The notes beneath the pieces were generated by a model that worked only from the letters and a program-made list of their open reading frames with translations, was not told where the DNA came from and ran no database searches. From IMG/VR virus record IMGVR_UViG_3300023184_000105, positions 3,926-67,925 of that record: a stretch of DNA of 64,000 nucleotides, one strand, 5' to 3'. The stretch's first letter is position 1. Every line of letters starts with the position of its first letter. Positions 27,400-36,645 of the stretch are shown piece after piece. The position numbers and the translations under genes were made by a program. The DNA is from a virus.

Positions 27400-28812
27400 A
27401 TGGACTATTTTTATGACGGACAGGTACGCCGATACCTAGCACAATTTATTCAAATAATGAGTAACTTTGGATACAAAGATTCTAAAGGTAACATTGTTCA
27501 AGTTCCTGTTAGATATGGAGACATGACTAGGCAAGTTGGTCAAATACTTAAGAAGAATAGTGAGAATACTATCCCTAGTGCGCCATTCATTGCCTGCTAT
27601 ATAAAAGAGTTAAATTTTGATCGAGATCGAATGCAAGATCCTACATTTATTAGTAAAATAAACATAAAAGAACGTGCATTTGACGAAAATAATAATGAAT
27701 ATTTACACACCCAAGGCAGTAACTATACCATTGAACGTATAATGCCAAGCCCATTTAAATTAACATTATCAGCGGATATATGGTCATCAAATACTGATCA
27801 AAAATTACAAATATGGGAACAATTGATAGTCTTTTTTAATCCAAGTTTTGAAATACAAACTACAGATAACTATGTAGATTGGACAAGTCTTAGTGTGGTT
27901 ACATTGGATAGTATTACCTGGACTAGTCGTCAAATTCCACAAGGTGTAACTGAAGATGTCGATATTATGAACTTAACATTTCATACGCCTATATGGATTA
28001 CTCCTCCTGCTAAAGTTAAAAAATTAGGTGTTATTACTAAAATTATATCTAATATATTTTCTGAAACTGCACAAGGTGCAATTGCTTCTAAATATGATAT
28101 CGAAGGTGCATCGAGTGTATTTGCAAATACATCTCCTGATACTACTTTAACTGTTACACCGGGTAATTTTAGTTTATTGGTATTAAACAATACTGCAAGA
28201 TTAATAAATCCAAACGGGCAAGGCGATAATATAGATGTAACATCTCCCAAAAATATTGCTTCTTGGTTAAAAATATTAGATTTATATCCTGGAAAATTTA
28301 GAGCAGGATTAAGTCAATTAAGATTTGCTCAAGCAGATAATAATGAAGTTGTAGCCTATATTAGTCTTGATCCGAGTGATGACTTCGGCATGCGATTAAA
28401 CATAGACCCAGATACTATACCTAGTAATACCACAATTTCTAGTACATACAATCCTGTAGGTAGGGGAAGCGTAGATGCTGTAATAAACCCAGATACATAT
28501 AATCCTACAGGTGTTGCTGCGGGTACACGCTATTTAATTTTAGAAGATATTAATCCTCAATTTGGTCAGTCAGAATTTTTTGGTTCTATTGTATGGCAAA
28601 ATGCGGATCAATCAGATTGGCAGGCATTTGCTAATGATATCATAGAGTGGAATGGGGTTGCTTGGAATGTTATTTTCAGTTCAGCAACACACTCTGGGGT
28701 AATTTACATAACTAACTCATATACTAACACTCAATACAAATGGGAAAACGGTGCCTGGAGTAAGAGTTATGAAGGTGTATATGATCCGCAATTATGGCGT
28801 CTAATACTTTAA
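27400..28812 (+). CDS. Tail sheath stabiliser/terminator gp15-like with C-terminal extension
   Basis: YFYDGQVRRYLAQF...VPVRYG...PSPFKLT...QIWEQLIVFFNPS; C-terminal GTRYLI...ANDIIEWNG domain. Confidence 0.85.
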   Translation: MDYFYDGQVRRYLAQFIQIMSNFGYKDSKGNIVQVPVRYGDMTRQVGQILKKNSENTIPSAPFIACYIKELNFDRDRMQDPTFISKINIKERAFDENNNEYLHTQGSNYTIERIMPSPFKLTLSADIWSSNTDQKLQIWEQLIVFFNPSFEIQTTDNYVDWTSLSVVTLDSITWTSRQIPQGVTEDVDIMNLTFHTPIWITPPAKVKKLGVITKIISNIFSETAQGAIASKYDIEGASSVFANTSPDTTLTVTPGNFSLLVLNNTARLINPNGQGDNIDVTSPKNIASWLKILDLYPGKFRAGLSQLRFAQADNNEVVAYISLDPSDDFGMRLNIDPDTIPSNTTISSTYNPVGRGSVDAVINPDTYNPTGVAAGTRYLILEDINPQFGQSEFFGSIVWQNADQSDWQAFANDIIEWNGVAWNVIFSSATHSGVIYITNSYTNTQYKWENGAWSKSYEGVYDPQLWRLIL

Positions 28813-29234
28813 ATCAAATAATTTGTAGTGGTGGTTTATTTCTAGCAAAAGATACCAAACGCTTTTTATTACTATCAAGAACACAGGCTAAAACAGCAGG
28901 TACTTGGGGATTTGTTGGCGGCAAAAAAGAACCCAACGATAGTACACCATTTGACGCACTTAAAAGAGAAATTGAAGAAGAAGTAGGAAAAACTCCTACC
29001 ATTAGAAAAGTAATTCCTTTAGAATTATTTGTAAGCAATGATCAAAATTTTCAATATAACACATATGTATTACTTGTTGATCGAGAATTTATTCCTACGT
29101 TAAATGACGAACATGCAGGATATGCGTGGTCAAGTTATGATCAATGGCCTAAACCTTTACATAGGGGTGTAAAGAATTCTTTTAGCAATAAAATTATTCA
29201 GGCTAAACTTGAATTATTATTAGATTTACTCTAA
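28794..29234 (+). CDS. NUDIX hydrolase
   Basis: Nudix box GGKKEPNDSTPFDALKREIEEEVG and LNDEHAGYAW. Confidence 0.88.
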   Translation: MASNTLNQIICSGGLFLAKDTKRFLLLSRTQAKTAGTWGFVGGKKEPNDSTPFDALKREIEEEVGKTPTIRKVIPLELFVSNDQNFQYNTYVLLVDREFIPTLNDEHAGYAWSSYDQWPKPLHRGVKNSFSNKIIQAKLELLLDLL

Positions 29235-29882
29235 TAAATCTGGTCCAAATGCCCATAAACCTAAATGGCGCATTTCCTGACTTAATACAGTATCAATTTT
29301 AATAGTACGTCCTGTACTTGAGATTTTTTGACATAGAACCATGTCCTCACCTAAAAAGTCGTTTGACTGTGGACTCCACTGAAAGTCAAACCAGGGTTTA
29401 GATAGTTCAGAAAATATTTCAGTTTTCATCAACATGCATCCCATGCCAACTCCTTCAACAGGAACTAGTCCGTCATATACATCAAAGTCTAGAGGGTTTT
29501 CCCAATCGCCAATTGTTTCGTATGCTACGCCTTTTACAGGAAGTTGACGTCGAAGATAATTTGCTGCAACTACATCCTCGTCGTGTTCTAATAATCGAAC
29601 GGCGGTAGTTGCAGGAAATACCATATCACTATCTAACCATAAGGTATATTCTGCACCCGATTCAAGTGCCATGGTGGCTAATCGTTCTCGTTGTGTAAGT
29701 AAAATAGTACTAGCATCCATAAACACATGTGTGTCTATATCATTCATTGTATTGAATTTAACTAGTTCAATTAAACTCATAGCATGGGCAGAATGTAATG
29801 TATCTCTGCATGGGATACATACTGCTAATTTACCTTTTTTACTGGACCATTTACTTGTTGAAAATACTGATTTCTTTTTCAT
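29226..29882 (-). CDS. GT-A fold glycosyltransferase (GT2-like)
   Basis: AVCIP, LWLDSDM (DxD), GVGMGCMLMK...KPWF...GEDMVLC...H.G. Confidence 0.85.
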   Translation of the reverse strand: MKKKSVFSTSKWSSKKGKLAVCIPCRDTLHSAHAMSLIELVKFNTMNDIDTHVFMDASTILLTQRERLATMALESGAEYTLWLDSDMVFPATTAVRLLEHDEDVVAANYLRRQLPVKGVAYETIGDWENPLDFDVYDGLVPVEGVGMGCMLMKTEIFSELSKPWFDFQWSPQSNDFLGEDMVLCQKISSTGRTIKIDTVLSQEMRHLGLWAFGPDLLE

Positions 29883-30349
29883 GCGCCTGCAACATCTTTA
29901 CTAAGTGTTTCACCTTTGATTACTAATCCTTGAATAGAATTTAATAAATCTTGAGTACGTTTAGCACATAGTATAAAGTCACTTGGGGCAAGTTTGCAAG
30001 CGGTATTCATCGTTTCGTAACTTAATTTGCCATTAGTTATTACTTCAATGGCACTTATTTTTGCCAAATCTTCAATAAAAGCATTTTTAGCATCATCGTC
30101 TGTACGATTGATTATATCTTCAATATCGCCTTCTTCCATTTCATCTAACAACTCTACAAGAGAATCTAATTCTTGTTGTTCGTCAGTTGATAAAGATTTT
30201 AGTAATGATAGATGATGCGTACGAGTTAGGAACTGCACCAATACCTCTGGGTTAGATAATCGATCTGCCCAGATAATATTATCTAATTCCCACTTGCTGG
30301 GGGCCAATTTGATGCTGGATAAGACATCTTTAATTTGTTCTAGTTTCAT
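29879..30349 (-). CDS. Hypothetical protein (156 aa)
   Basis: Translationally coupled to the glycosyltransferase gene (ATGA overlap). Confidence 0.75.
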   Translation of the reverse strand: MKLEQIKDVLSSIKLAPSKWELDNIIWADRLSNPEVLVQFLTRTHHLSLLKSLSTDEQQELDSLVELLDEMEEGDIEDIINRTDDDAKNAFIEDLAKISAIEVITNGKLSYETMNTACKLAPSDFILCAKRTQDLLNSIQGLVIKGETLSKDVAGA

Positions 30350-30354
30350 AATTT

Positions 30355-30579
30355 TTATGTATAAGGAGTTGTTTTGCCGCCAAAGGTTTGTGAAAATTTA
30401 ATTGCTGTTCCTGCAGCCTGATTAATACCATAGGTAGCACTATTACCTAATACAGAACTAAGTTTAATATTTGATCCGCCAGATGGGGCATTTCCCACTG
30501 CTCCCGGGGTTTGATTTGTAAATGCCCTATTGACTTGTCCAAATGATATTGCACTGCCTGATGCTGGTAATATTGCCAT
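30355..30579 (-). CDS. Small fibre-associated protein
   Basis: LPASGSAISFGQV...IKLSS...IKFSQTFGGKT pattern often seen after S74-chaperone fibres; GAGG ribosome-binding site and TAAATA at 30605-30600. Confidence 0.6.
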   Translation of the reverse strand: MAILPASGSAISFGQVNRAFTNQTPGAVGNAPSGGSNIKLSSVLGNSATYGINQAAGTAIKFSQTFGGKTTPYT

Positions 30580-30598
30580 AATTTCCTCTTTCGGCCTC

Positions 30599-32986
30599 CT
30601 ATTTATTGATCAGATTATTTAACATAGACTGAATCTGATCAATTTGCCTTTGCTGTGTTTTTATAGCCTCAATCAGCAAAGGAATTATCTTCTCGTATTT
30701 AACCGCTTTGAAGCCAGTATCTCTGGTTGCTACAATTTCTGGTAAAATTGCTTCAATTTCTTGTGCTATTACACCAATGTCATGTTTGCGTACAAAATAA
30801 CCATCTTCGCCGCCTCGACTTTTTATATATTCGTCTGTCCAATCAAAATATACACCACGAATTTGATCTATCATTGTGATAGGATCTTCAATTACTTGTA
30901 CATTTTCTTTTAATCTAGCATCAGAGGTATAGTAGGCAGTGATTTCGTTAGTTGCACGTATCTCGCCAGCAGTAGCAGAAGAAGTAGTAATACCAACAGT
31001 TAACGAACCAGTTGCTGTAAAATTGCCTGTTACTCTTGCATTACCAGTCACATCAAGTGGGAATGACGGGGACGCATTATTAATACCAACATTGCCAGTA
31101 CTACTAATACGCATACGCTCTGTAGATCCCGTTGCAAAAATCATGTTACTTGTAGTGTTTACATAGAGCCATCCTTTTTCAATAGTATTTGCATTGTTAA
31201 CCCATTGAATAAATGCTCCTTCAGTATCTGATGCTGATTGACGGAGAACAATTGCACCCGAAGTGGCAGCAACATTTTGTAAGAAGCGGCCTCGACCAGC
31301 AACATCTAAACTAAGAGCAGGGGTAGTTGTTCCAATACCAACATTGCCAGTGTTAGGATTAATTACAAAACTACTTGTAGTGTAGTGTAGCATAAATGCC
31401 GCAGTTGTATTATTAGCACTTACAAATGTAGGATAATAAGATGCATTTGTTGAAGTACCTGTAGTTAGTACAAAAATTGCATTGGTAGAATTACCGGCAA
31501 CAACTGACCCAGTTGATACCCAAGTTGGAGAACTGGTACCGTTACTTTGTAAAATCTGTCCTGCTGACCCAGTTGCACCATTAAATCCTAAACCACCAGT
31601 GTCTAAGAATGTGAATAAATCAGTACTTACAGATGCATTACGTTTAGTAATTCTAAAATCCCAACCTGTACCATCACCTATATACATTCTGGTTGTTGGA
31701 TAAAAATAATCTAAAACTGCTCCACTAGTTCCTAATGTTGCACCAGTAGTTGCGCTGCTTGTAACTTTAATTCCACCGTACACTTCTAATTTTTGCGTGC
31801 CAGGGCTTTGGCCAATGCCTACATTACTAGTACTTGGATTAATTGAAAAACTACCAGTAGTATACACATTCATAGCAGTTGGAGTGCTATTATTTGCGTT
31901 TACAAATGCTGGATAGAATGTGATGTTAGTTGTGGTTCCTACTGTATTAATTTGTGTTGAAGACGTAACTGCACTTAATGCGCCTACATTAACCCAAGTA
32001 GGAGCAGCATCGCCATTACTTTGTAAAACATATCCCGATGTACCGTAATTAGCAGCACCATTAAATGCAATACCACCATTATTAGTGATACGCATCTTTT
32101 CTGAATTGTTTGTACCAAAAATCATTGCCGTATTTGAACGGTTATATAGATATGCAACTGAACTACCATCATGCGAAATTAAAAATTCGCCGGTGCCTAC
32201 AGCAGTATTATTCCCGGCTAACAATAATTGAGCAGATCCGCCACTAAATGCGGAACGAACTGCGGCTGAAACGGTTCCTGCATTTGAATATACATCTAAT
32301 TTTTGACTCGGTGTGATTGTTCCTATACCCATGAGTCCTGTTTGAGCATTAAATCCAACTTGAGCATTAACAGTTGTAGCAATAATTGCTGCTTGTGATG
32401 AGCCTGCTGACGGAACGCCAATAATATATTCAAATGCAGTTCCTGTACTAACTGTTAAATTTGATGGAGCAACCGCTGTAACAGGATTGACCCACGCAGG
32501 TGCAACACCTGTGCCATTAGTTGTTAATATCCATCCTGCGGTATTTGCTGCTGCTAAGTATGCCGTACTTCCAGTAGTTGATTGATACGGAATAGACATA
32601 ATGGTGCCACCACCGAGATTATTAGCCTTATCTGAATATCCAACAAATATAGCAGATGTATTAACGTACAAAGGCGCACTGGTGCCCGAACTCATCAACA
32701 ATTGACCGATTGTGCCGGTTCCTACAAAACTGGTTACACCGGGACTTTGTTGATAAACTAGTTGACCTCTTAGACCGCCAGCAATATTAGTAGCAGTAGT
32801 AATAGTACCGACAACACTTCCATATATATTACCACCAATCCATAAATCTTTTCCAATACCTACACCACCTACAACTTGTAAGGCACCTGTTATAGTACTG
32901 GTTGCAGCAACGGTTCCGTTGATAAGCACCTGCGTATCAATAGTTGCTGTGCCGTATATTCGTGTTCCTGATAATAGTTGTGCCAT
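30599..32986 (-). CDS. Tail fibre with C-terminal intramolecular chaperone (peptidase S74)
   Basis: GNVGIGTTTP and ERMRI repeats; auto-cleavage motif TAYYT-SDARLKENV...GVIAQEIEAILPEIV...VKYEKIIPLLIEAIK followed by a coiled coil. Confidence 0.9.
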   Translation of the reverse strand: MAQLLSGTRIYGTATIDTQVLINGTVAATSTITGALQVVGGVGIGKDLWIGGNIYGSVVGTITTATNIAGGLRGQLVYQQSPGVTSFVGTGTIGQLLMSSGTSAPLYVNTSAIFVGYSDKANNLGGGTIMSIPYQSTTGSTAYLAAANTAGWILTTNGTGVAPAWVNPVTAVAPSNLTVSTGTAFEYIIGVPSAGSSQAAIIATTVNAQVGFNAQTGLMGIGTITPSQKLDVYSNAGTVSAAVRSAFSGGSAQLLLAGNNTAVGTGEFLISHDGSSVAYLYNRSNTAMIFGTNNSEKMRITNNGGIAFNGAANYGTSGYVLQSNGDAAPTWVNVGALSAVTSSTQINTVGTTTNITFYPAFVNANNSTPTAMNVYTTGSFSINPSTSNVGIGQSPGTQKLEVYGGIKVTSSATTGATLGTSGAVLDYFYPTTRMYIGDGTGWDFRITKRNASVSTDLFTFLDTGGLGFNGATGSAGQILQSNGTSSPTWVSTGSVVAGNSTNAIFVLTTGTSTNASYYPTFVSANNTTAAFMLHYTTSSFVINPNTGNVGIGTTTPALSLDVAGRGRFLQNVAATSGAIVLRQSASDTEGAFIQWVNNANTIEKGWLYVNTTSNMIFATGSTERMRISSTGNVGINNASPSFPLDVTGNARVTGNFTATGSLTVGITTSSATAGEIRATNEITAYYTSDARLKENVQVIEDPITMIDQIRGVYFDWTDEYIKSRGGEDGYFVRKHDIGVIAQEIEAILPEIVATRDTGFKAVKYEKIIPLLIEAIKTQQRQIDQIQSMLNNLINK

Positions 32987-33007
32987 AGTATAATATTTAC
33001 CTAAATG

Positions 33008-33232
33008 TTAGACAGGCTTATTGACCTCATCAAACCCGTTTGCTACCATTAATGTTCCTGTATTTGTTTCTCTTTTTGCTACACTATTTCCATACATAGA
33101 AACTTCATCAAATAATTGAGCATATTGATTTCCAGACAAATCAAGTTTTGTATATCCTACAGATATTTCGTTAAATTCTCCACTAATAAACAGTGTACCT
33201 GTTGATGTTAGTCTAGATGCTACTGTTGGCAT
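33008..33232 (-). CDS. Small structural protein with internal FxEV repeats
   Basis: 74 aa, TGTL...F[N/D]E[I/V] pattern three times; coupled to the upstream stop. Confidence 0.6.
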   Translation of the reverse strand: MPTVASRLTSTGTLFISGEFNEISVGYTKLDLSGNQYAQLFDEVSMYGNSVAKRETNTGTLMVANGFDEVNKPV

Positions 33233-36200
33233 TATCCAAACACCGTGTCTAAACTGTTTGTAAGACTATTATAGTATTGATATACTACGCTGGCCCGGGT
33301 TGTTCCAACAAATCCTACTCTGTTACCAACATAGACACTACCCCCGACTCCTATCCCGCCTACAACTTGTAACGCACCTGTTATGGTACTTGTTGAGGCT
33401 ATATTACTTGCTAATGTTAATGTGCTATTATACGTAGGAGCATTTGTACCATTACTTACTAGTACATTACCAGAGGTACCTGGGCCTGCAAATGCAGTTA
33501 CACCCGGAGCACTTTGATAATGTAATTGCCCAGCAGTACCAAGAGCAAGATTAGTAGCAGTGATAGCAAGATTGGATCTATCTGAATATCCGACAAATAT
33601 ACTACTGGTTGTTGTAAATACTGGCCCAGTACTCGAAGCGCCAGCACTAACTAATAGTTGTCCAGTAGAACCAGGCCCTGCAAATTGTGTTATACCGGGC
33701 GAATTTTGATAGGGTATTTGTCCAGTAGTACCAAGAGCAAGATTAGTAGCAGTGGTAATAGAACCAACAACACTTCCATATATATTACCACCAATATATA
33801 AATCTTTTCCAATACCCATTCCACCTACTACTTGCAATGCACCAGTAGCAGTAGATGTTGAATTTGTTGTTCCTGCTAAGGTTAATGTATTTTGAAATGC
33901 TGGGCCTGTTGATGTATTGCCCGAACTAACTAATACTTGTCCAGCAAATCCTGCACCTACAAAATTAGTTACACCTGGAGCACTTTGATAATGTAATTGA
34001 CCAACATTTCCTAACGCAATATTAGTAGCAGTAACAGCAGTAATGGCCTTATCTGCATATCCAACAAATATAGCAGATGTGTTAACATACAACGGCGCAC
34101 TAGTACCTGAACTCATCAGCAATTGACCAATAGAGCCGGGGCCAGCAAAACTAGTTACACCGGGGCTACTTTGATAGGGTATTTGTCCAGAAGTACCGGC
34201 AGCAATATTATTAGCGGTAACAGCAGTAATAGCCTTATCTGCATATCCAACAAATATAGCAGATGTGTTAACATATAACGGCGCACTAGTACCTGAACTC
34301 ATTAATAGTTGACCAATTGTACCAGTTCCTACAAAACTAGTTACACCAGGGCTTTGTTGATAGAGTAATTGTCCAAAAGTACCAGCAGTAATATTAGTAG
34401 CAGTAACAGCAGTAATGGCCTTATCTGCATATCCAACAAATATAGCAGATGTGTTAACATACAACGGCGCACTAGTACCTGAACTCATCAGCAATTGACC
34501 AATTGTACCAGTTCCTACAAAACTAGTTACACCAGGGCTTTGTTGATACAATATTTGACCTCTTAGTCCGCCTGCAATATTAGTAGCGGTAGTAATAGAA
34601 CCATTAACAATTCCATAAATAGTTCCACCTATATACATGTCACCACGAATGCCAACGCCGCCTGCTACTACTAATGCACCAGTAGTAGTCGAAGTTGATG
34701 ATACTGTACTTGCAACACTTGAATTTCCGCCTACATATAAATTTCCGCCTATACCTGCACCCCCTACTACTTGGAAAGCACCGGTAGTAGTAGATGTTGC
34801 ATTAGTTGTTCCTGACAGTGTTAATGTATTTGCCCAAGTTGGTGCAGAGCCAGTTCCGTTTGTTTGTAATATATTCCCAGCGGTTCCTGCTGCTAAGAAA
34901 GCGGTAACATTTGGTCCACTTTGATATACCAACGCCTGTGATGTACCCCCAGCAAGATTTACATCTACTGCTCCTTTGCTGCCACTTACTATTTCATTTG
35001 TTATAGTTGCATCTGGAACAAATGTAAAAAATCCTGTGCTATCATCAAACCCAAAGAATCCTGTTTTTGCGCTGCCTGAAAAATATTTAAATGCAATACC
35101 TTTATCTTTATTGTCATTAACAGTCAATGGTTGATTACTTGATAAACCGCCTAAAGTTAGTATAGGGTCTGTAATATTTGTTACTGTGCTATCAACAACT
35201 GTTGATGTTCCTTGTACTGTTAAATTACCTAATATTGTTAAATTATTTTTAACTGTAGTTACACCTGATGTACCACCAATATTAACCGAAGTAGCAGACC
35301 CTGCAAAATTTACAGTAGTGGCCGATGTATTAAGTAAATTAAAAGTAGAATTAGTGGTTCCTATGTCACCACCTATATATAAATTGCCTCCAATACCAAC
35401 ACCACCAATTACCTGTAATGCACCTGTATTAGTATTTGTCGATATTAAACTGCTTGAAAGTGTTAGGGTACTTGAAAAAACTGGACCGCCCGTTGAGGTT
35501 CCTGCGCTTACTAGTACCTGCCCTATAGTTCCAGGGCCAAAAAATCCAGTAACTCCCGGAGTTGATTGATATGGAATTTGATTAATCAAACCATTTGCTA
35601 GATTAGTTGCAGTGTTTATAAAAATACTTCGTGGATCTTGCCAGAATGGAGAAGAGGTTCCTGCAAGTAAAAAATATCCAGCGGTACTTAATGGCAACAT
35701 TGTAGTTGTTCCTGTACCATTTTGATAAGGTATACTACCTACTGCGCCTCCAATTATATTAGTAGATGTAAATGCATTAACAGAATATCCTATTAGTATA
35801 CTAGATGTGTTAACATACAACGGCGCACTAGTACCCGAACTCATCAGCAATTGACCAATTGTACCAGTTCCTACAAAACTAGTTACACCGGGGCTTTGTT
35901 GATAAAGTATTTGACCAGAAGTACCAGCAGCAATATTAGTAGCAGTGGTAATAAGTCCTGTTAGAGAACCATTACCATATATAGTGCCTCCAACATATAA
36001 ATTACCACCGATGCCTGCACCACCAATTACCCGGAATGCTCCGGTAATCGTAGAGGTTGCGTTAGCCGAACCTGATAGTGTTAATGTATTTTGAAAAGTG
36101 GGGGTTCCTGCACCATAACTTACAAGTACAGTTCCGGGAGTACCTGTTGTGATAAAATCAGTTTTGCCGGTATATTGCTGATAAGGTATTTGGCCAGCAT

Positions 36201-36549
36201 CGCCATTGTTTATATTGGTAGCAGTTGTAATAATACCCACAATTGAAGCATTAATTATACCCGCTACACTAACATTACCGCCAACATATAAATTGCCGCC
36301 TACACCTGCACCGCCTGCTACTACTAATGCACCTGTAGCAGTTGAGACAGAATTTGTAATATTAGTAAATGTGCTAACACCTGCAATGTTAGAATAACCA
36401 CCCACATACAAGTTTTTAGCAATGCCAGCACCGCCAAATACTTGTAATGCACCTGAATTTGTTGATAATGACTGTGTTGAACTTTCAACGGTGGCCGTAG
36501 TAGAAACCGCAAGGCCATTCTTGACTCTAAAATCTATATTGACTGCCAT
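33232..36549 (-). CDS. Thr/Gly-rich repetitive tail fibre protein (1105 aa)
   Basis: DFRVKNGL N-terminus; many STxTGALxVxGGxGIG and TATNIAxGxxGQxxYQ repeats. Confidence 0.8.
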   Translation of the reverse strand: MAVNIDFRVKNGLAVSTTATVESSTQSLSTNSGALQVFGGAGIAKNLYVGGYSNIAGVSTFTNITNSVSTATGALVVAGGAGVGGNLYVGGNVSVAGIINASIVGIITTATNINNGDAGQIPYQQYTGKTDFITTGTPGTVLVSYGAGTPTFQNTLTLSGSANATSTITGAFRVIGGAGIGGNLYVGGTIYGNGSLTGLITTATNIAAGTSGQILYQQSPGVTSFVGTGTIGQLLMSSGTSAPLYVNTSSILIGYSVNAFTSTNIIGGAVGSIPYQNGTGTTTMLPLSTAGYFLLAGTSSPFWQDPRSIFINTATNLANGLINQIPYQSTPGVTGFFGPGTIGQVLVSAGTSTGGPVFSSTLTLSSSLISTNTNTGALQVIGGVGIGGNLYIGGDIGTTNSTFNLLNTSATTVNFAGSATSVNIGGTSGVTTVKNNLTILGNLTVQGTSTVVDSTVTNITDPILTLGGLSSNQPLTVNDNKDKGIAFKYFSGSAKTGFFGFDDSTGFFTFVPDATITNEIVSGSKGAVDVNLAGGTSQALVYQSGPNVTAFLAAGTAGNILQTNGTGSAPTWANTLTLSGTTNATSTTTGAFQVVGGAGIGGNLYVGGNSSVASTVSSTSTTTGALVVAGGVGIRGDMYIGGTIYGIVNGSITTATNIAGGLRGQILYQQSPGVTSFVGTGTIGQLLMSSGTSAPLYVNTSAIFVGYADKAITAVTATNITAGTFGQLLYQQSPGVTSFVGTGTIGQLLMSSGTSAPLYVNTSAIFVGYADKAITAVTANNIAAGTSGQIPYQSSPGVTSFAGPGSIGQLLMSSGTSAPLYVNTSAIFVGYADKAITAVTATNIALGNVGQLHYQSAPGVTNFVGAGFAGQVLVSSGNTSTGPAFQNTLTLAGTTNSTSTATGALQVVGGMGIGKDLYIGGNIYGSVVGSITTATNLALGTTGQIPYQNSPGITQFAGPGSTGQLLVSAGASSTGPVFTTTSSIFVGYSDRSNLAITATNLALGTAGQLHYQSAPGVTAFAGPGTSGNVLVSNGTNAPTYNSTLTLASNIASTSTITGALQVVGGIGVGGSVYVGNRVGFVGTTRASVVYQYYNSLTNSLDTVFG
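34021..34578. repeat. Three tandem near-identical 186-nt (62-aa) repeats; further copies near 35790-35945 and 32630-32795
   Basis: Unit starts at 34021, 34207 and 34393, encoding ...GTIGQLLMSSGTSAPLYVNTSAIFVGYADKAITAV... Confidence 0.9.
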
Positions 36550-36599
36550 TTAGTTTCCCTTTCCACGCAACGGCTTGTTACATTATGTTATTTATTAGT

Positions 36600-36624
36600 A
36601 AAAAAGAAAAGGGCAATAGCCCTT
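36600..36624 (-). terminator. Intrinsic terminator followed by late promoter (TAAATA at 36594-36589)
   Basis: AAGGGC-TATT-GCCCTT stem with TTCTTTTTT tract on the minus strand. Confidence 0.8.
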
Positions 36625-36645
36625 ACTTTAATATGCATAGAATTA

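Noticed and set aside
32630-35945. Fibre repeats as a diversity-generating retroelement TR/VR pair
   Set aside because: No reverse transcriptase in the window, all copies are coding and internal, and differences look mostly synonymous rather than adenine-specific.
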